Below are positions 9,431-18,727 of a stretch of 47,064 bases of DNA, piece by piece (within the stretch, counting starts at the first letter, position 1; every line of letters begins with the position of its first letter). The notes beneath the pieces were generated by a model that saw only the letters and a list, made by a program, of their open reading frames with translations, did not search any database and was not told the DNA's origin. The position numbers and the translations under genes were made by a program. The DNA comes from a virus (taxonomy: Duplodnaviria > Caudoviricetes), in the IMG/VR virus record IMGVR_UViG_3300030333_006085, positions 1 to 47,064 of that record; one strand, given 5' to 3'.

Positions 9431-11018
9431 ATTATTTTATGAAAGAAATGACTTGGTGCTTAATTCTGAAATTAATTGCACCTACGAAGAACTAGTTGCA
9501 ATGACTCCAGATGAATTTCGTGAATGGGTAATTCAAATGCGTAAGGTGGTCAAGGAGTCTTGGGACACATACGGTTGTCCCCCACGCACGGGTAAAACTG
9601 AAGAAAGTATTATAGACCAGTGGAATAAGATTGCCGAATATCCTATTCACGAATTTACACATAACGATGAATTGTCCGATGTAGATGATGATGTGATTAT
9701 TAACAAATCTAGAATCGGTGGCGAAGCAGACCAATGGTTTAGCAATATGATGAAGGTTCGTATCAACTACACAGCAAAGGATAATGGTTATTCCATCTAT
9801 GATTTATTTGCAGACGATAAACATATAGACAAAATGGTGAAGGGTGGGTTGCGTCATTTCAGAAAAGACAGTATGTACGAACACGCCAAATCTGCATTTA
9901 CTAATAGCAAAAAGTATGCCATTATTAATACTACTGATGCAAATCACTGGATTGAAACTTTCTTTACTGCAAAGCATATTTTTAAAGGGTATGATTTTAT
10001 TCTTGAGGAAGTAAAGAAAAGAGAAGGTCTTAATAGCGGGTATTTTCAAGTAGAACAGGATGAAATTTTAAATCTAACAAAAGACGAAGTTCAAATGTAC
10101 ATAGACAAAGGTTGGTTGCAATATCGACACTATTCTACATTTGATGTTGAAAATATGTCAGACGAAAAGAGATATAATATTCGTGTATATAAAAAGGGAA
10201 GAAAGATGTTCCCTAAAGCGTTTGCCGCGTATCGTATTGGATTTATCCAACCTGCTGTAAACTTCCCCCCAATGACTGCTAAATACTTGTATGAAAGATT
10301 CACAGAAGACATCAAAGACCAAGAAGTTATTAACATCTATGACCCGTCTAGTGGGTGGGGTGGTAGGATACTTGGTGCTATGGGTTGTCGGGATGACCGC
10401 AGGATTCACTATGTGGGGACTGACCCTAATCCTGATAATTTTATCGATGGCAGTGATTACAACAAGTATGCTTCTATTGCTGATTTCTACAATACCAAAA
10501 CTTATCGCGGAAACCCTTTCTTTTCCGATACCAATACTTACGAAATTTTTCAGGAAGGGTCAGAAGAAATCGGGAGACACCCCGACTTCCAAAAGTACAG
10601 AGGAAAACTGGACCTCATCTTCACTTCACCACCTTATTTCAACAGAGAAGCGTATAGCGAAGATGCTAACCAATCGTACAAAAAATACGGGTCGTCATAC
10701 GATTCGTGGGTGGAAGGATTTCTTCGACCAACTTTAGAAACTTGTGTTGACTTTTTGCGTGATGGAAGGTATCTTCTCTGGAACATTGCTGACTTACTTG
10801 TAAGTGGCAAGTACCTTACCCTAGAAGAAGACTCAAGGAAAATACTAGAAGAGTGTGGTATGAAATATCAATACACACTTAAGATGGCATTAGAAGGAAT
10901 GCCTGGACAGAATAGAATGGGTGAGGACGGTAAACCTACTTGCAAAAATTACTGTCAAGTAAATGGAAAATATCTAAAATATGAACCTGTGTTCGTTTTT
11001 AAAAAGGAAGAAAAATAA
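9411..11018 (+). CDS. SAM-dependent DNA amino-methyltransferase-like protein with a long N-terminal region
   Basis: Motif I-like YDPSSGWGGR, GTDPN, catalytic FTSPPYF; ~280-aa N-terminal region not recognised. Confidence 0.7.
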   Translation: MNMTETKLFYERNDLVLNSEINCTYEELVAMTPDEFREWVIQMRKVVKESWDTYGCPPRTGKTEESIIDQWNKIAEYPIHEFTHNDELSDVDDDVIINKSRIGGEADQWFSNMMKVRINYTAKDNGYSIYDLFADDKHIDKMVKGGLRHFRKDSMYEHAKSAFTNSKKYAIINTTDANHWIETFFTAKHIFKGYDFILEEVKKREGLNSGYFQVEQDEILNLTKDEVQMYIDKGWLQYRHYSTFDVENMSDEKRYNIRVYKKGRKMFPKAFAAYRIGFIQPAVNFPPMTAKYLYERFTEDIKDQEVINIYDPSSGWGGRILGAMGCRDDRRIHYVGTDPNPDNFIDGSDYNKYASIADFYNTKTYRGNPFFSDTNTYEIFQEGSEEIGRHPDFQKYRGKLDLIFTSPPYFNREAYSEDANQSYKKYGSSYDSWVEGFLRPTLETCVDFLRDGRYLLWNIADLLVSGKYLTLEEDSRKILEECGMKYQYTLKMALEGMPGQNRMGEDGKPTCKNYCQVNGKYLKYEPVFVFKKEEK

Positions 11019-12121
11019 TGGATAATTATCAAGCACAAATTAGCGGAACAACTAACTTAACAGTTCGTTTAGAATATGTTTGGTTGGACGGACACGATTC
11101 GAAAAATTTACGAAGTAAGGTTCGTTACGAAAATTGGACTATGGATTCCACTCAAGGAAATATGTCAAGAGAACAAGTTCTTCATAGAATTCCTCAATGG
11201 AGTTACGATGGTTCTAGCACACAACAAGCCAATACTAAAAACAGTGATGTCATCCTAGAACCAGTAAAGGTCTATAATAATCCTTTAGAGTTGGGAGAAA
11301 TGGCTTCATTTATTGTTTTATGTGAAACACTCAATGCAGATGGAACACCACACGAAAGCAACACAAGAGATAAGTTGCTTGATGCTATTGAAGAGTACGA
11401 CCCAAAGAAAAAGATTGTATTTGGTGTGGAGCAAGAATATACTATTCTAGATGACCAAAATCTTCCAGTTGGTTGGAACAAAGATAAAACACAAGGAACA
11501 AACTACTGCGGGATTGGTTCTAATAATACAACAAACAGACTGTTGGTAGAACAACACGCAGTTGCTTGTATACAAGCAAATATTCAAATTGCAGGAACGA
11601 ACGCTGAAGTATTGATGTCGCAGTGGGAATACCAATTAGAACCAAGCAATGCAATTGACCAAGCAGATGATTTATGGATGAGTCGATATATCCTACAAAG
11701 ACTCTCAGAAAATTCTAAAGGTTATATTTCTTTCCATCCCAAACCAGTCGAAGGAGATTGGAATGGAGCAGGCGCTCACATTAATTTCAGCACAGAACAT
11801 ATGAGAGAGGTCGGAGGAGAAGAACATATGAAAGATATCTGTTCTGCATTAAAGAAAGGACACAAGAATCTTATTGCAGTTTATGGAGAGGAAAACGAAA
11901 AGCGACTAACAGGAACTTGCGAAACATCCCACATTGATAAGTTTAGTTATGGTGTTGGTGACAGAAGTTCTTCTGTTAGGATTCCTGTAAGTACATCACA
12001 AGACTATCGTGGTCACCTAGAAGATAGAAGACCAGCCGCGAATGTTGACCCATACGAAGCATTTTCAGTATTAATAAGCACAGTTTCTTCAGTTTCTGTT
12101 CCAGAAGCCGTTAAATTGTAA
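11018..12121 (+). CDS. glnII: Glutamine synthetase type II
   Basis: EYVWLDG, WSYDGSST, FGVEQEY, NAEV..QWEYQ, PKPVEGDWNGAGAHINFST, RLTG..ET, EDRRPAANVDPY. Confidence 0.92.
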   Translation: MDNYQAQISGTTNLTVRLEYVWLDGHDSKNLRSKVRYENWTMDSTQGNMSREQVLHRIPQWSYDGSSTQQANTKNSDVILEPVKVYNNPLELGEMASFIVLCETLNADGTPHESNTRDKLLDAIEEYDPKKKIVFGVEQEYTILDDQNLPVGWNKDKTQGTNYCGIGSNNTTNRLLVEQHAVACIQANIQIAGTNAEVLMSQWEYQLEPSNAIDQADDLWMSRYILQRLSENSKGYISFHPKPVEGDWNGAGAHINFSTEHMREVGGEEHMKDICSALKKGHKNLIAVYGEENEKRLTGTCETSHIDKFSYGVGDRSSSVRIPVSTSQDYRGHLEDRRPAANVDPYEAFSVLISTVSSVSVPEAVKL

Positions 12122-12140
12122 AGCCACATTATACATATAT

Positions 12141-12944
12141 GTGGAGAACCGTATGAATAATATTTCCGAACGATGGTATAAAACTAAGCGAAGAGATATT
12201 GAAGATAAAATTGATAATGGTGAAATGCTTTCGAATAAAAGAAAGCAGTATGAATCCCCTCTCAAAAAATATGTTCTTTCAATAACTCCAGTAGCATTCA
12301 AAGAAGACCAAAGATATTGGGCTTTCTGTATTGGTAAGGTCTATAAAAAGACAAGAAATAAAACTGGAAAACTCGTCGCAACTATTCACAGAAATAGTGA
12401 TAAGTTTCCTTTCGCCTTTTTTGAAAATCAAGAGGACGGAAAAGATTACTTTATAAGCGGAGAAGATTATCAAGGTCAAACTATAATTTGTCTGAACGAT
12501 GGTAGTAGAGTTGACTTCATTGGAGAAAAAGCCAAAAGGAATATGGAATTCTGTTGGCAGAAATTTCACATCTCTCCAGATAATAATATTTTAGCAGTAG
12601 AAGGATATGCTAGAAATAAGCCATCAGAAGTAACAGAGTATAGAGGAATTAGGTTCTTTAAGTTTACAGATAAAATGGAATTGCCTTATGAAGAATTTGG
12701 TAACAGAATATCCTTTCATTATGACGAAGCAATCGGCTGGGAAGATGAATCGCATTTTTTGGTTTCTGTTATTGAAGATAGAAGAAAAGGCGATTTAGAA
12801 AGAGTTAGAGATTTGCCAAAAAAAGAAAGAATGAAGTGCTACGAAGAAAACAACTTTGGTAGAAGAAACATTGTCTATAGAGTGCCAGTTGAAGGCGGAG
12901 AAGAGGATATAAAAGAAGTATACTCCGAGTGGATTACTACTTGA
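12141..12944 (+). CDS. Hypothetical protein
   Basis: 267-aa ORF with normal composition, preceded by TATACATA (12130-12137). Motifs SGEDYQGQT and FCW...SPD..LAVEG; function not recognised. Confidence 0.7.
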   Translation: MENRMNNISERWYKTKRRDIEDKIDNGEMLSNKRKQYESPLKKYVLSITPVAFKEDQRYWAFCIGKVYKKTRNKTGKLVATIHRNSDKFPFAFFENQEDGKDYFISGEDYQGQTIICLNDGSRVDFIGEKAKRNMEFCWQKFHISPDNNILAVEGYARNKPSEVTEYRGIRFFKFTDKMELPYEEFGNRISFHYDEAIGWEDESHFLVSVIEDRRKGDLERVRDLPKKERMKCYEENNFGRRNIVYRVPVEGGEEDIKEVYSEWITT

Positions 12945-12968
12945 CACACCAACCCCCTGTGATATAAT
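12941..12968 (+). promoter_or_regulatory. Sigma70-type promoter with extended -10, probably giving a leaderless mRNA
   Basis: TTGACA-N16-TATAAT with TGTG before the -10; ATG 12975 begins 7 nt after the -10 and has no RBS. Confidence 0.75.
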
Positions 12969-12974
12969 TCATCT

Positions 12975-14087
12975 ATGTCAAAACAAAAAAGACAACTAAT
13001 AGAAGAGCCATTCTTTAACACCAAAGCGGAAGATTTAGAGTGGGAGTTTTTCTCTTGTGTAAACAGATACCGTGGTATGGGAATCACCACTTCCAAAGAA
13101 AAGAAGTGGGTATCTGATTATATGAAGTGGAAAAAGTATTCAAAAGAAGATATTGATTTTGCTCAACGAGGAAACAGTTTCAATTTTGAAATGGTAGCAC
13201 CTTGTTGCAGAGTCTGTACACAATCAGATTGTGATGCTCCGCCAGTGTGGCAGAAAAAGATTGACGAACACATTCGTTCTATGATTCGGACTGGAAAATC
13301 CAAGAAAGAAGAACGAGACATTCGAGCAGAAAATAAACCAGTAAAGGTTAAGATTTCTATCCAAGATAGAATTAAAAATCAAGTTGGCGAATATATGGAA
13401 TCATTAAATGTCGAGACTGATAAGTTTCTCGATAACATCAATGATAAACCGAAATTTGATATTGCTAATTGGTTAAAAAATCACGAAGTAAAATCAATAC
13501 AGTCTGCTATGATTGCAGATTATTTTGAATCCACTCTTCAAGAAGTTAATGATGCGTATGGTAAAAAGTGTGAGCAACTTGTAGAGGGGTATGATTTTTT
13601 AACTAGACCACAACTTAAAAGATATAGAGATTTGGTTCAAGAAATTGTAGACACCTGCAAACAACACTCCAAACTTTCGAAAGCGGTACGAAAACCAAGG
13701 AGGAAAAAGAGCAGAACGCCAGGTCAGATTGTTAAGAAATTACAATACTGTGAGAAGTCTGATGAGTATGGTGTGTCTTCAATTGACCCAAGAAAGATTG
13801 TTGGTGCAAATAGATTGGTTGTATTCAATACGAAGTATAAGAAACTTGCAATCTTTGAAGCATCACCTTTGGTAGATGGTCTTTCCGTAAAGGGAACAAC
13901 GATTGTTGGATTTGATGATAAGAAGTCCAGAGAAAAAACTGTGAGAAAACCACAGGAAATCATAAAGGATTGTGCCACCTCTGGTATTCGAGTAATAAAT
14001 AATAGGTACAATTCACTGAAAACGAAAGAGAAAGTACCCACTGGTAGAATTAATAAACATTGTGTACTTTTACAGGCATTAAAATGA
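12975..14087 (+). CDS. Conserved T4-like hypothetical protein
   Basis: SIQDRI, QLVEGY, SIDP.KIVGA..LVVFNTK, GLSVKGTT..GFD, KTVRKP, TGRINKHCVLL; family commonly seen upstream of rnh in T4-like phages. Confidence 0.7.
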   Translation: MSKQKRQLIEEPFFNTKAEDLEWEFFSCVNRYRGMGITTSKEKKWVSDYMKWKKYSKEDIDFAQRGNSFNFEMVAPCCRVCTQSDCDAPPVWQKKIDEHIRSMIRTGKSKKEERDIRAENKPVKVKISIQDRIKNQVGEYMESLNVETDKFLDNINDKPKFDIANWLKNHEVKSIQSAMIADYFESTLQEVNDAYGKKCEQLVEGYDFLTRPQLKRYRDLVQEIVDTCKQHSKLSKAVRKPRRKKSRTPGQIVKKLQYCEKSDEYGVSSIDPRKIVGANRLVVFNTKYKKLAIFEASPLVDGLSVKGTTIVGFDDKKSREKTVRKPQEIIKDCATSGIRVINNRYNSLKTKEKVPTGRINKHCVLLQALK

Positions 14088-14926
14088 TATTAGTAGATAT
14101 GAGTCAAGTGATTTTAGGAAACATTTTTGGTTACACCAAAGATATTTCTGAAGCAGATGAAAACCTTATTCGCCACTTAACATTAAACTCACTAAGAATG
14201 TACAAGAACAAGTTCAAGAAATATGGTGATATGATTCTTGTTTTTGATTCTGGTGATTATTGGCGGAAGGAAGAGTTCCCACATTACAAGGGAACTAGAA
14301 AACTAAAACAAGAAGAAAAAAAGGAAATGTGGTCTAACCTTTGGAACATTGTTTCTATGGTTCGTGACGAATTGGAAAATAATTTTCCATACAAGGTGAT
14401 GAGAGTTGGTCGTGCAGAGGCAGATGATATCATTGCATATCTCGCCAAGAAGTACCATCAAACAGAAGACATAATGATTGTATCTTCGGATAAGGATTTC
14501 CAACAACTACAGCGTTATGATAATGTACATCAATACAGTCCAAAGAACAAGTCTAAGGTTATATGCACAAATCCCAAAGAGTTTCTAATCAACCATATCA
14601 TTAGAGGCGATTCATCAGATGGAATTCCTAACATTCTTTCTGACGATGATACTCTTATGAATCCAGAAAAGAGACAAAAGAGACTAACGCAAAAAGTTCT
14701 TGATTCAATTAATGAAGATTTGGTTTTTGGTGAACTTCCAAAAGGTCACGAAGATAATTGGAAGAGAAATCAAACACTTGTTGATTTGGACAAAGTTCCA
14801 GATTGGGTTAATGATAAAATCGAAAAGGCGTGGAACGAACCAATCGTAGGTAAACGAAGTAAACTTTTTAATTATTTCATTAAACATAAACTAAAAAACT
14901 TAATGGAAACAATTGAAGAGTTTTAA
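14084..14926 (+). CDS. rnh: T4-type RNase H / 5'-3' exonuclease
   Basis: MILVDMSQ, YWRK..FPHYKG.R, EADDII, SSDKDFQQLQ, GDSSDGIPNILS. Confidence 0.95.
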   Translation: MILVDMSQVILGNIFGYTKDISEADENLIRHLTLNSLRMYKNKFKKYGDMILVFDSGDYWRKEEFPHYKGTRKLKQEEKKEMWSNLWNIVSMVRDELENNFPYKVMRVGRAEADDIIAYLAKKYHQTEDIMIVSSDKDFQQLQRYDNVHQYSPKNKSKVICTNPKEFLINHIIRGDSSDGIPNILSDDDTLMNPEKRQKRLTQKVLDSINEDLVFGELPKGHEDNWKRNQTLVDLDKVPDWVNDKIEKAWNEPIVGKRSKLFNYFIKHKLKNLMETIEEF

Positions 14927-14937
14927 AGGAGAATATA

Positions 14938-16110
14938 ATGACAACAACGGAAGAAATGAAACCGTGGCAACACGGAATTGAACTAGACGAGTTAAAAAGG
15001 CTGGAAGGTATTTGGTCAGACTATAATTCAAATATCAAATCTCCTTTTTTAGAGATGAAGAAAAACAAAATCGCTGAGGCGATTCATAACAATCACTATG
15101 ATGATACTGAGGACTATGCAGTACAGAGTAGAGTGTTAAAGGTTGGTTCAAGAATCAATATGTACTCTGCCTATACTGTTCCGATTGCTTCTCCAAATAA
15201 AGGAGACAGGATTGTAGATAGAGTTGCGTACAAAGACAAAGATAAAGTGATTGATGTTCTCAGGAGTTTTAATGAGGATACATTCCTTTATATTAATGAA
15301 GAATGCGAAAGCGACAGGGAAGTGGCAACGAAAGCAGGGTATACTAAAATTGGTGTTAAGATAAACACTTTCTCTGATATTTTGGGGGTGTACTTTAAAG
15401 GACAACCAACAATTGACGGAACTATGAGGGAATTTCCAGAGAAGGAATCTCTACTAAGTGTTGAATTTGCCACTCAAGAAAAAGCAAACATTCCCGACTT
15501 GACTGGATTGTGTGAATCTATAAGAAGTAAATTAGATGATATGGCAATTCAATTTACAAATCACTATTCAAATTACAATAGCGGTAAAAAGGCTTGGTCT
15601 GCAATATCTCTTCGGGGATATCTTCCTGATTATGAATTCATCACAAAACCACAAGAGATGAATAAGAAGTGGAAGAAGGAAAACGAAGGTATTGATTTTG
15701 AACTACAAGATACTTCCCTTCGAAAAGATTTTCCAGAAGTAGAAGAAATCCTTTCATATTTGCCAGGCGAACCACATCGTATTCGTTTTATGAATCTTGT
15801 TCCAAATGATGGAAAAGTAGATGGAGAGTTGGGTAGACATACAGACCAAGTTGACCCCGACGCAGGTGTTACTGACGGAAAACTTATGAGATTTCACATT
15901 CCCATCCGAACAAATGAAAAAGTTTTGTTTACTTTGTGGGACTGTGAAGGTAATATGCGAACAGAGAATATGAAAGTTGGCGAATGTTGGTATATGGATA
16001 TGAGGAAACCACACAGAGTAATAAACGGTGGAGATGAAATTAGAACCCACCTTGTCATAGATGTCGTAGCAAACGACGAAGTAAGAAAATTAATGGAGAA
16101 CGACAGGTAA
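14938..16110 (+). CDS. Two-domain protein with a C-terminal Asp/Asn beta-hydroxylase-like 2OG-Fe(II) oxygenase domain
   Basis: W.AISLRG, RIRFM, LGRHTD (HxD), RFHIPIRTN, PHRVINGG..RTHLVID; ~180-aa N-terminal domain unknown. Confidence 0.7.
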   Translation: MTTTEEMKPWQHGIELDELKRLEGIWSDYNSNIKSPFLEMKKNKIAEAIHNNHYDDTEDYAVQSRVLKVGSRINMYSAYTVPIASPNKGDRIVDRVAYKDKDKVIDVLRSFNEDTFLYINEECESDREVATKAGYTKIGVKINTFSDILGVYFKGQPTIDGTMREFPEKESLLSVEFATQEKANIPDLTGLCESIRSKLDDMAIQFTNHYSNYNSGKKAWSAISLRGYLPDYEFITKPQEMNKKWKKENEGIDFELQDTSLRKDFPEVEEILSYLPGEPHRIRFMNLVPNDGKVDGELGRHTDQVDPDAGVTDGKLMRFHIPIRTNEKVLFTLWDCEGNMRTENMKVGECWYMDMRKPHRVINGGDEIRTHLVIDVVANDEVRKLMENDR

Positions 16111-16115
16111 CTTAA

Positions 16116-16307
16116 ATGAAAAATAAGAAAAAGAAGAATAAACAGTCCAAGGAATGGTCAGAAGATGTTTCTGACCTAGACAAGTCTTTTCGTAAAGGCA
16201 AAAGAACTTCCAAAAATAAACGAAGAAACGAAAAGGGCTATATGCGTGATGTTCTTCGTGGGGAATATGGCGGAGAGTTTATTGATAACTTTGAAAAATG
16301 GAATTGA
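16116..16307 (+). CDS. Small basic hypothetical protein
   Basis: 63-aa Lys/Arg-rich ORF that fills the gap on the coding strand. Confidence 0.6.
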   Translation: MKNKKKKNKQSKEWSEDVSDLDKSFRKGKRTSKNKRRNEKGYMRDVLRGEYGGEFIDNFEKWN

Positions 16308-16331
16308 CACAGTATGATACTGTGATATACT
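16304..16331 (+). promoter_or_regulatory. Sigma70-type promoter for the gp45-44-62 operon, containing a perfect palindrome
   Basis: TTGACA-N16-TATACT with TGTG extension; CACAGTAT-G-ATACTGTG at 16308-16324. Confidence 0.75.
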
Positions 16332-16356
16332 AAAGCAAACTTTAGGAGACTTTATT

Positions 16357-17040
16357 ATGACAACAATGACAAAGATGAAGATGTCCAGTGCGACATTAAA
16401 TCTATTGAAGAACTACGCTTCAATCAACTCCAACATTCTTGTGAAGCCTGGTAACAAGATTACTACGATTTCTCCCGTAAAGAATGTTATGTCGGAGGCG
16501 ATTGTTACGGAGGACTTTGATACAGAATTTGGTATTTGGGACTTGAACAAGTTCCTTGGTGTGGTTTCTCTTTTCGATAAGCCTGAATTTGCTTTTGATG
16601 AGAAATCTGTTACCATCTCTGGTACGAGTGGTGCTTCCGTTGAGTACTACTACAGTGAGCCTTCTTTGCTCTCTGTTCCTACCAAGGAAATTACTATGCC
16701 AGAAGCAGTGGTTTCTTTCAAGTTGACGCAAAAGAATTTTGCTGAACTTCAGAAAGCCGCATCTGTTCTTCAAGTTTCTGACCTTGCGGTTCGAACAGAT
16801 GGAGACAATTTGCAACTTGCAGTTCTTGACAAGAGTGATGTAACAAGCAACTGTTACACCATTGACCTTGGTGAAATTGCGGGTGGTCACGACTTCTGTT
16901 TCTACTTTAAAGTAGAAAACCTCAAGATGATTGAGGGAGACTACAATGTTGATATTAGTGACAAGAACATTAGTCAGTTCTCTGGTAGTGATGTCGTTTA
17001 TTGGATTGCTCTAGAAACGGATTCGAAGTATAACGGATGA
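16357..17040 (+). CDS. gp45: Sliding clamp
   Basis: TLNLLKNYASINSNI, FGIWDLNKFL, FKVENLKMI.GDY.V, YWIALE. Confidence 0.96.
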   Translation: MTTMTKMKMSSATLNLLKNYASINSNILVKPGNKITTISPVKNVMSEAIVTEDFDTEFGIWDLNKFLGVVSLFDKPEFAFDEKSVTISGTSGASVEYYYSEPSLLSVPTKEITMPEAVVSFKLTQKNFAELQKAASVLQVSDLAVRTDGDNLQLAVLDKSDVTSNCYTIDLGEIAGGHDFCFYFKVENLKMIEGDYNVDISDKNISQFSGSDVVYWIALETDSKYNG

Positions 17041-17990
17041 CAACAGAAACACTCACAAAAAACTATCTGTGGGTAGAAAAGTATCGTCCACAGAATATTG
17101 ATGATTGCATTCTTCCAGATTCCATAAAGACAACTTTTAGACAGATGGTGGAATCTGGTGAGTCGCAAAATCTTCTCCTGTCAGGAGGAGCGGGTTGTGG
17201 TAAGACCACAATCGCAAAAGCACTCTGTAATGAACTAGACGCTGATTACATTATGATTAACTGTTCGGAAGATGGAAACATCGACACACTCCGAACCAAG
17301 ATTCGCAACTTTGCCAGTTCAATTTCAATCTCTGGCGGAAAGAAGATTGTGATTCTTGACGAGTTTGACTACGCTAATGCACAGAGTATGCAACCCGCCC
17401 TTCGTGGTTTCATCGAAGAGTTCTCGAAGAACTGTAGGTTTATTTTAACCTGCAACTTCAAGAATCGCATCATCGAACCTATTCATTCTCGATGCACTTG
17501 TATTGAGTTCAAAATTCCCAACAAGTCTAAACCACAACTTGCTTCTGCGTTTCTTGAAAGATGTAAAGTTGTTCTTGACAATGAGGGTATTGGATTTGAT
17601 GAAAAAGTTCTTGCAGAGTTAATTCTTAAACACTTTCCCGACTTTCGTCGTATTCTGAATGAGTTGCAAAGATATTCTGTCGCAGGAACTATCGACACTG
17701 GTATTCTCACACAGATTGGTGAAATCAACACAAAAGATTTGATTACTTCTATGAAAGAAAAGAACTTCACTGAAGTTCGTAAGTGGGTAGTTCAAAATCT
17801 TGACAATGATACTACTCGTTTGTTTCGAAGTTTATATGATGGATTCTATGATTACCTAAACCCACAATCTATTCCTGTTGCAATTCTGATTCTTGCGGAA
17901 TATCAATACAAGGACGCATTTGTAGCAGATAATGAAATTAATACAACGGCTTGTCTCGTACAACTAATGATGGAGTGTGAATTCAAATGA
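17037..17990 (+). CDS. gp44: Clamp loader large subunit
   Basis: LWVEKYRP, GGAGCGKTT, ILDEFD, QPALRGFIEEFS.NCRFILTCN, SRC. Confidence 0.97.
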   Translation: MTTETLTKNYLWVEKYRPQNIDDCILPDSIKTTFRQMVESGESQNLLLSGGAGCGKTTIAKALCNELDADYIMINCSEDGNIDTLRTKIRNFASSISISGGKKIVILDEFDYANAQSMQPALRGFIEEFSKNCRFILTCNFKNRIIEPIHSRCTCIEFKIPNKSKPQLASAFLERCKVVLDNEGIGFDEKVLAELILKHFPDFRRILNELQRYSVAGTIDTGILTQIGEINTKDLITSMKEKNFTEVRKWVVQNLDNDTTRLFRSLYDGFYDYLNPQSIPVAILILAEYQYKDAFVADNEINTTACLVQLMMECEFK

Positions 17991-18292
17991 GTAAAGGATT
18001 TAAACCAAGCAGAGGAAAGATTGCTTTAAGACATATTGGAAATGGTGATGAGTCTGAAAAAGGCGGAATCATTTATACAAAAAAAGAACATCCAATCTTC
18101 GGAAAGGCTCAGGTTTTGTCAATCGGACATCCTGAAATTACAAATAACGGAAGAGTTTGTGATGTAGACTTTGAAGTTGGTGACTTTGTGATGTATAATA
18201 AACAAGAGGGTTGGGGGGAATACTCTGGTGTTCGACTCGTAAAACCATCGCAAATTATTGCAATTATTGACGAAGACACGGAGATAGGATGA
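17987..18292 (+). CDS. groES: GroES/Cpn10-like co-chaperonin
   Basis: FKP.RGKI, SEKGGII mobile loop, AQVLSIG, FEVGDFVMY, LVKPSQIIAII. Confidence 0.7.
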   Translation: MSKGFKPSRGKIALRHIGNGDESEKGGIIYTKKEHPIFGKAQVLSIGHPEITNNGRVCDVDFEVGDFVMYNKQEGWGEYSGVRLVKPSQIIAIIDEDTEIG

Positions 18293-18672
18293 AACTAGGT
18301 GATTATTTAACTTCGATAAACTATTCGAAGAAAAACCTATTAGACACCGAAGATGAAATGGTGGAGAAAAAATATACTCCCTTTATCATCAATCGGTGTT
18401 TATCCTATTTCCCCGACACAATTATGCAAGTGAACGAGGTGAACTTCTGGTGTGGTATGGACAAGAAGATGCATTACGATTATCTTCTCAATTCCACTCG
18501 AAAAAGAAAGCGTTTCAGTAAATGGCTTAAAGATGAAAAACCAGAAGACTTCGAAACTGTAAAAGAGTACTTTGGGTATTCGGATAAGAAAACTAAAGAA
18601 ATAATGCCAATTATCAGCGAAGAAGACATCGAAAATATGAGAAAGGAGATGTTTACAGGCGGTAAAAAGTGA
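18289..18672 (+). CDS. gp62: Clamp loader small subunit
   Basis: YL.SINYSK, Y.PFIINRCLSYFPDT, RKRKRFSKW, VKEYFGYS. Confidence 0.94.
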   Translation: MKLGDYLTSINYSKKNLLDTEDEMVEKKYTPFIINRCLSYFPDTIMQVNEVNFWCGMDKKMHYDYLLNSTRKRKRFSKWLKDEKPEDFETVKEYFGYSDKKTKEIMPIISEEDIENMRKEMFTGGKK

Positions 18673-18677
18673 AAATA

Positions 18678-18685
18678 TATAAATA
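18678..18685 (+). promoter_or_regulatory. T4 late promoter (TATAAATA) upstream of regA and the glycosylation operon
   Basis: Exact consensus in the gp62-regA intergenic region. Confidence 0.7.
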
Positions 18686-18727
18686 CTTCCGTGTTATTGT
18701 GACACTATCTATGATGGAGAGAATAAT

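Noticed and set aside
10291-10737. Alternative-frame plus-strand ORFs inside the MTase (10291-10737) and gp41 (39161-39373)
   Set aside because: They coincide with local patches of C-ending codons that remove off-frame stops. Possibly recombination patches, but there is no evidence of overprinted genes.
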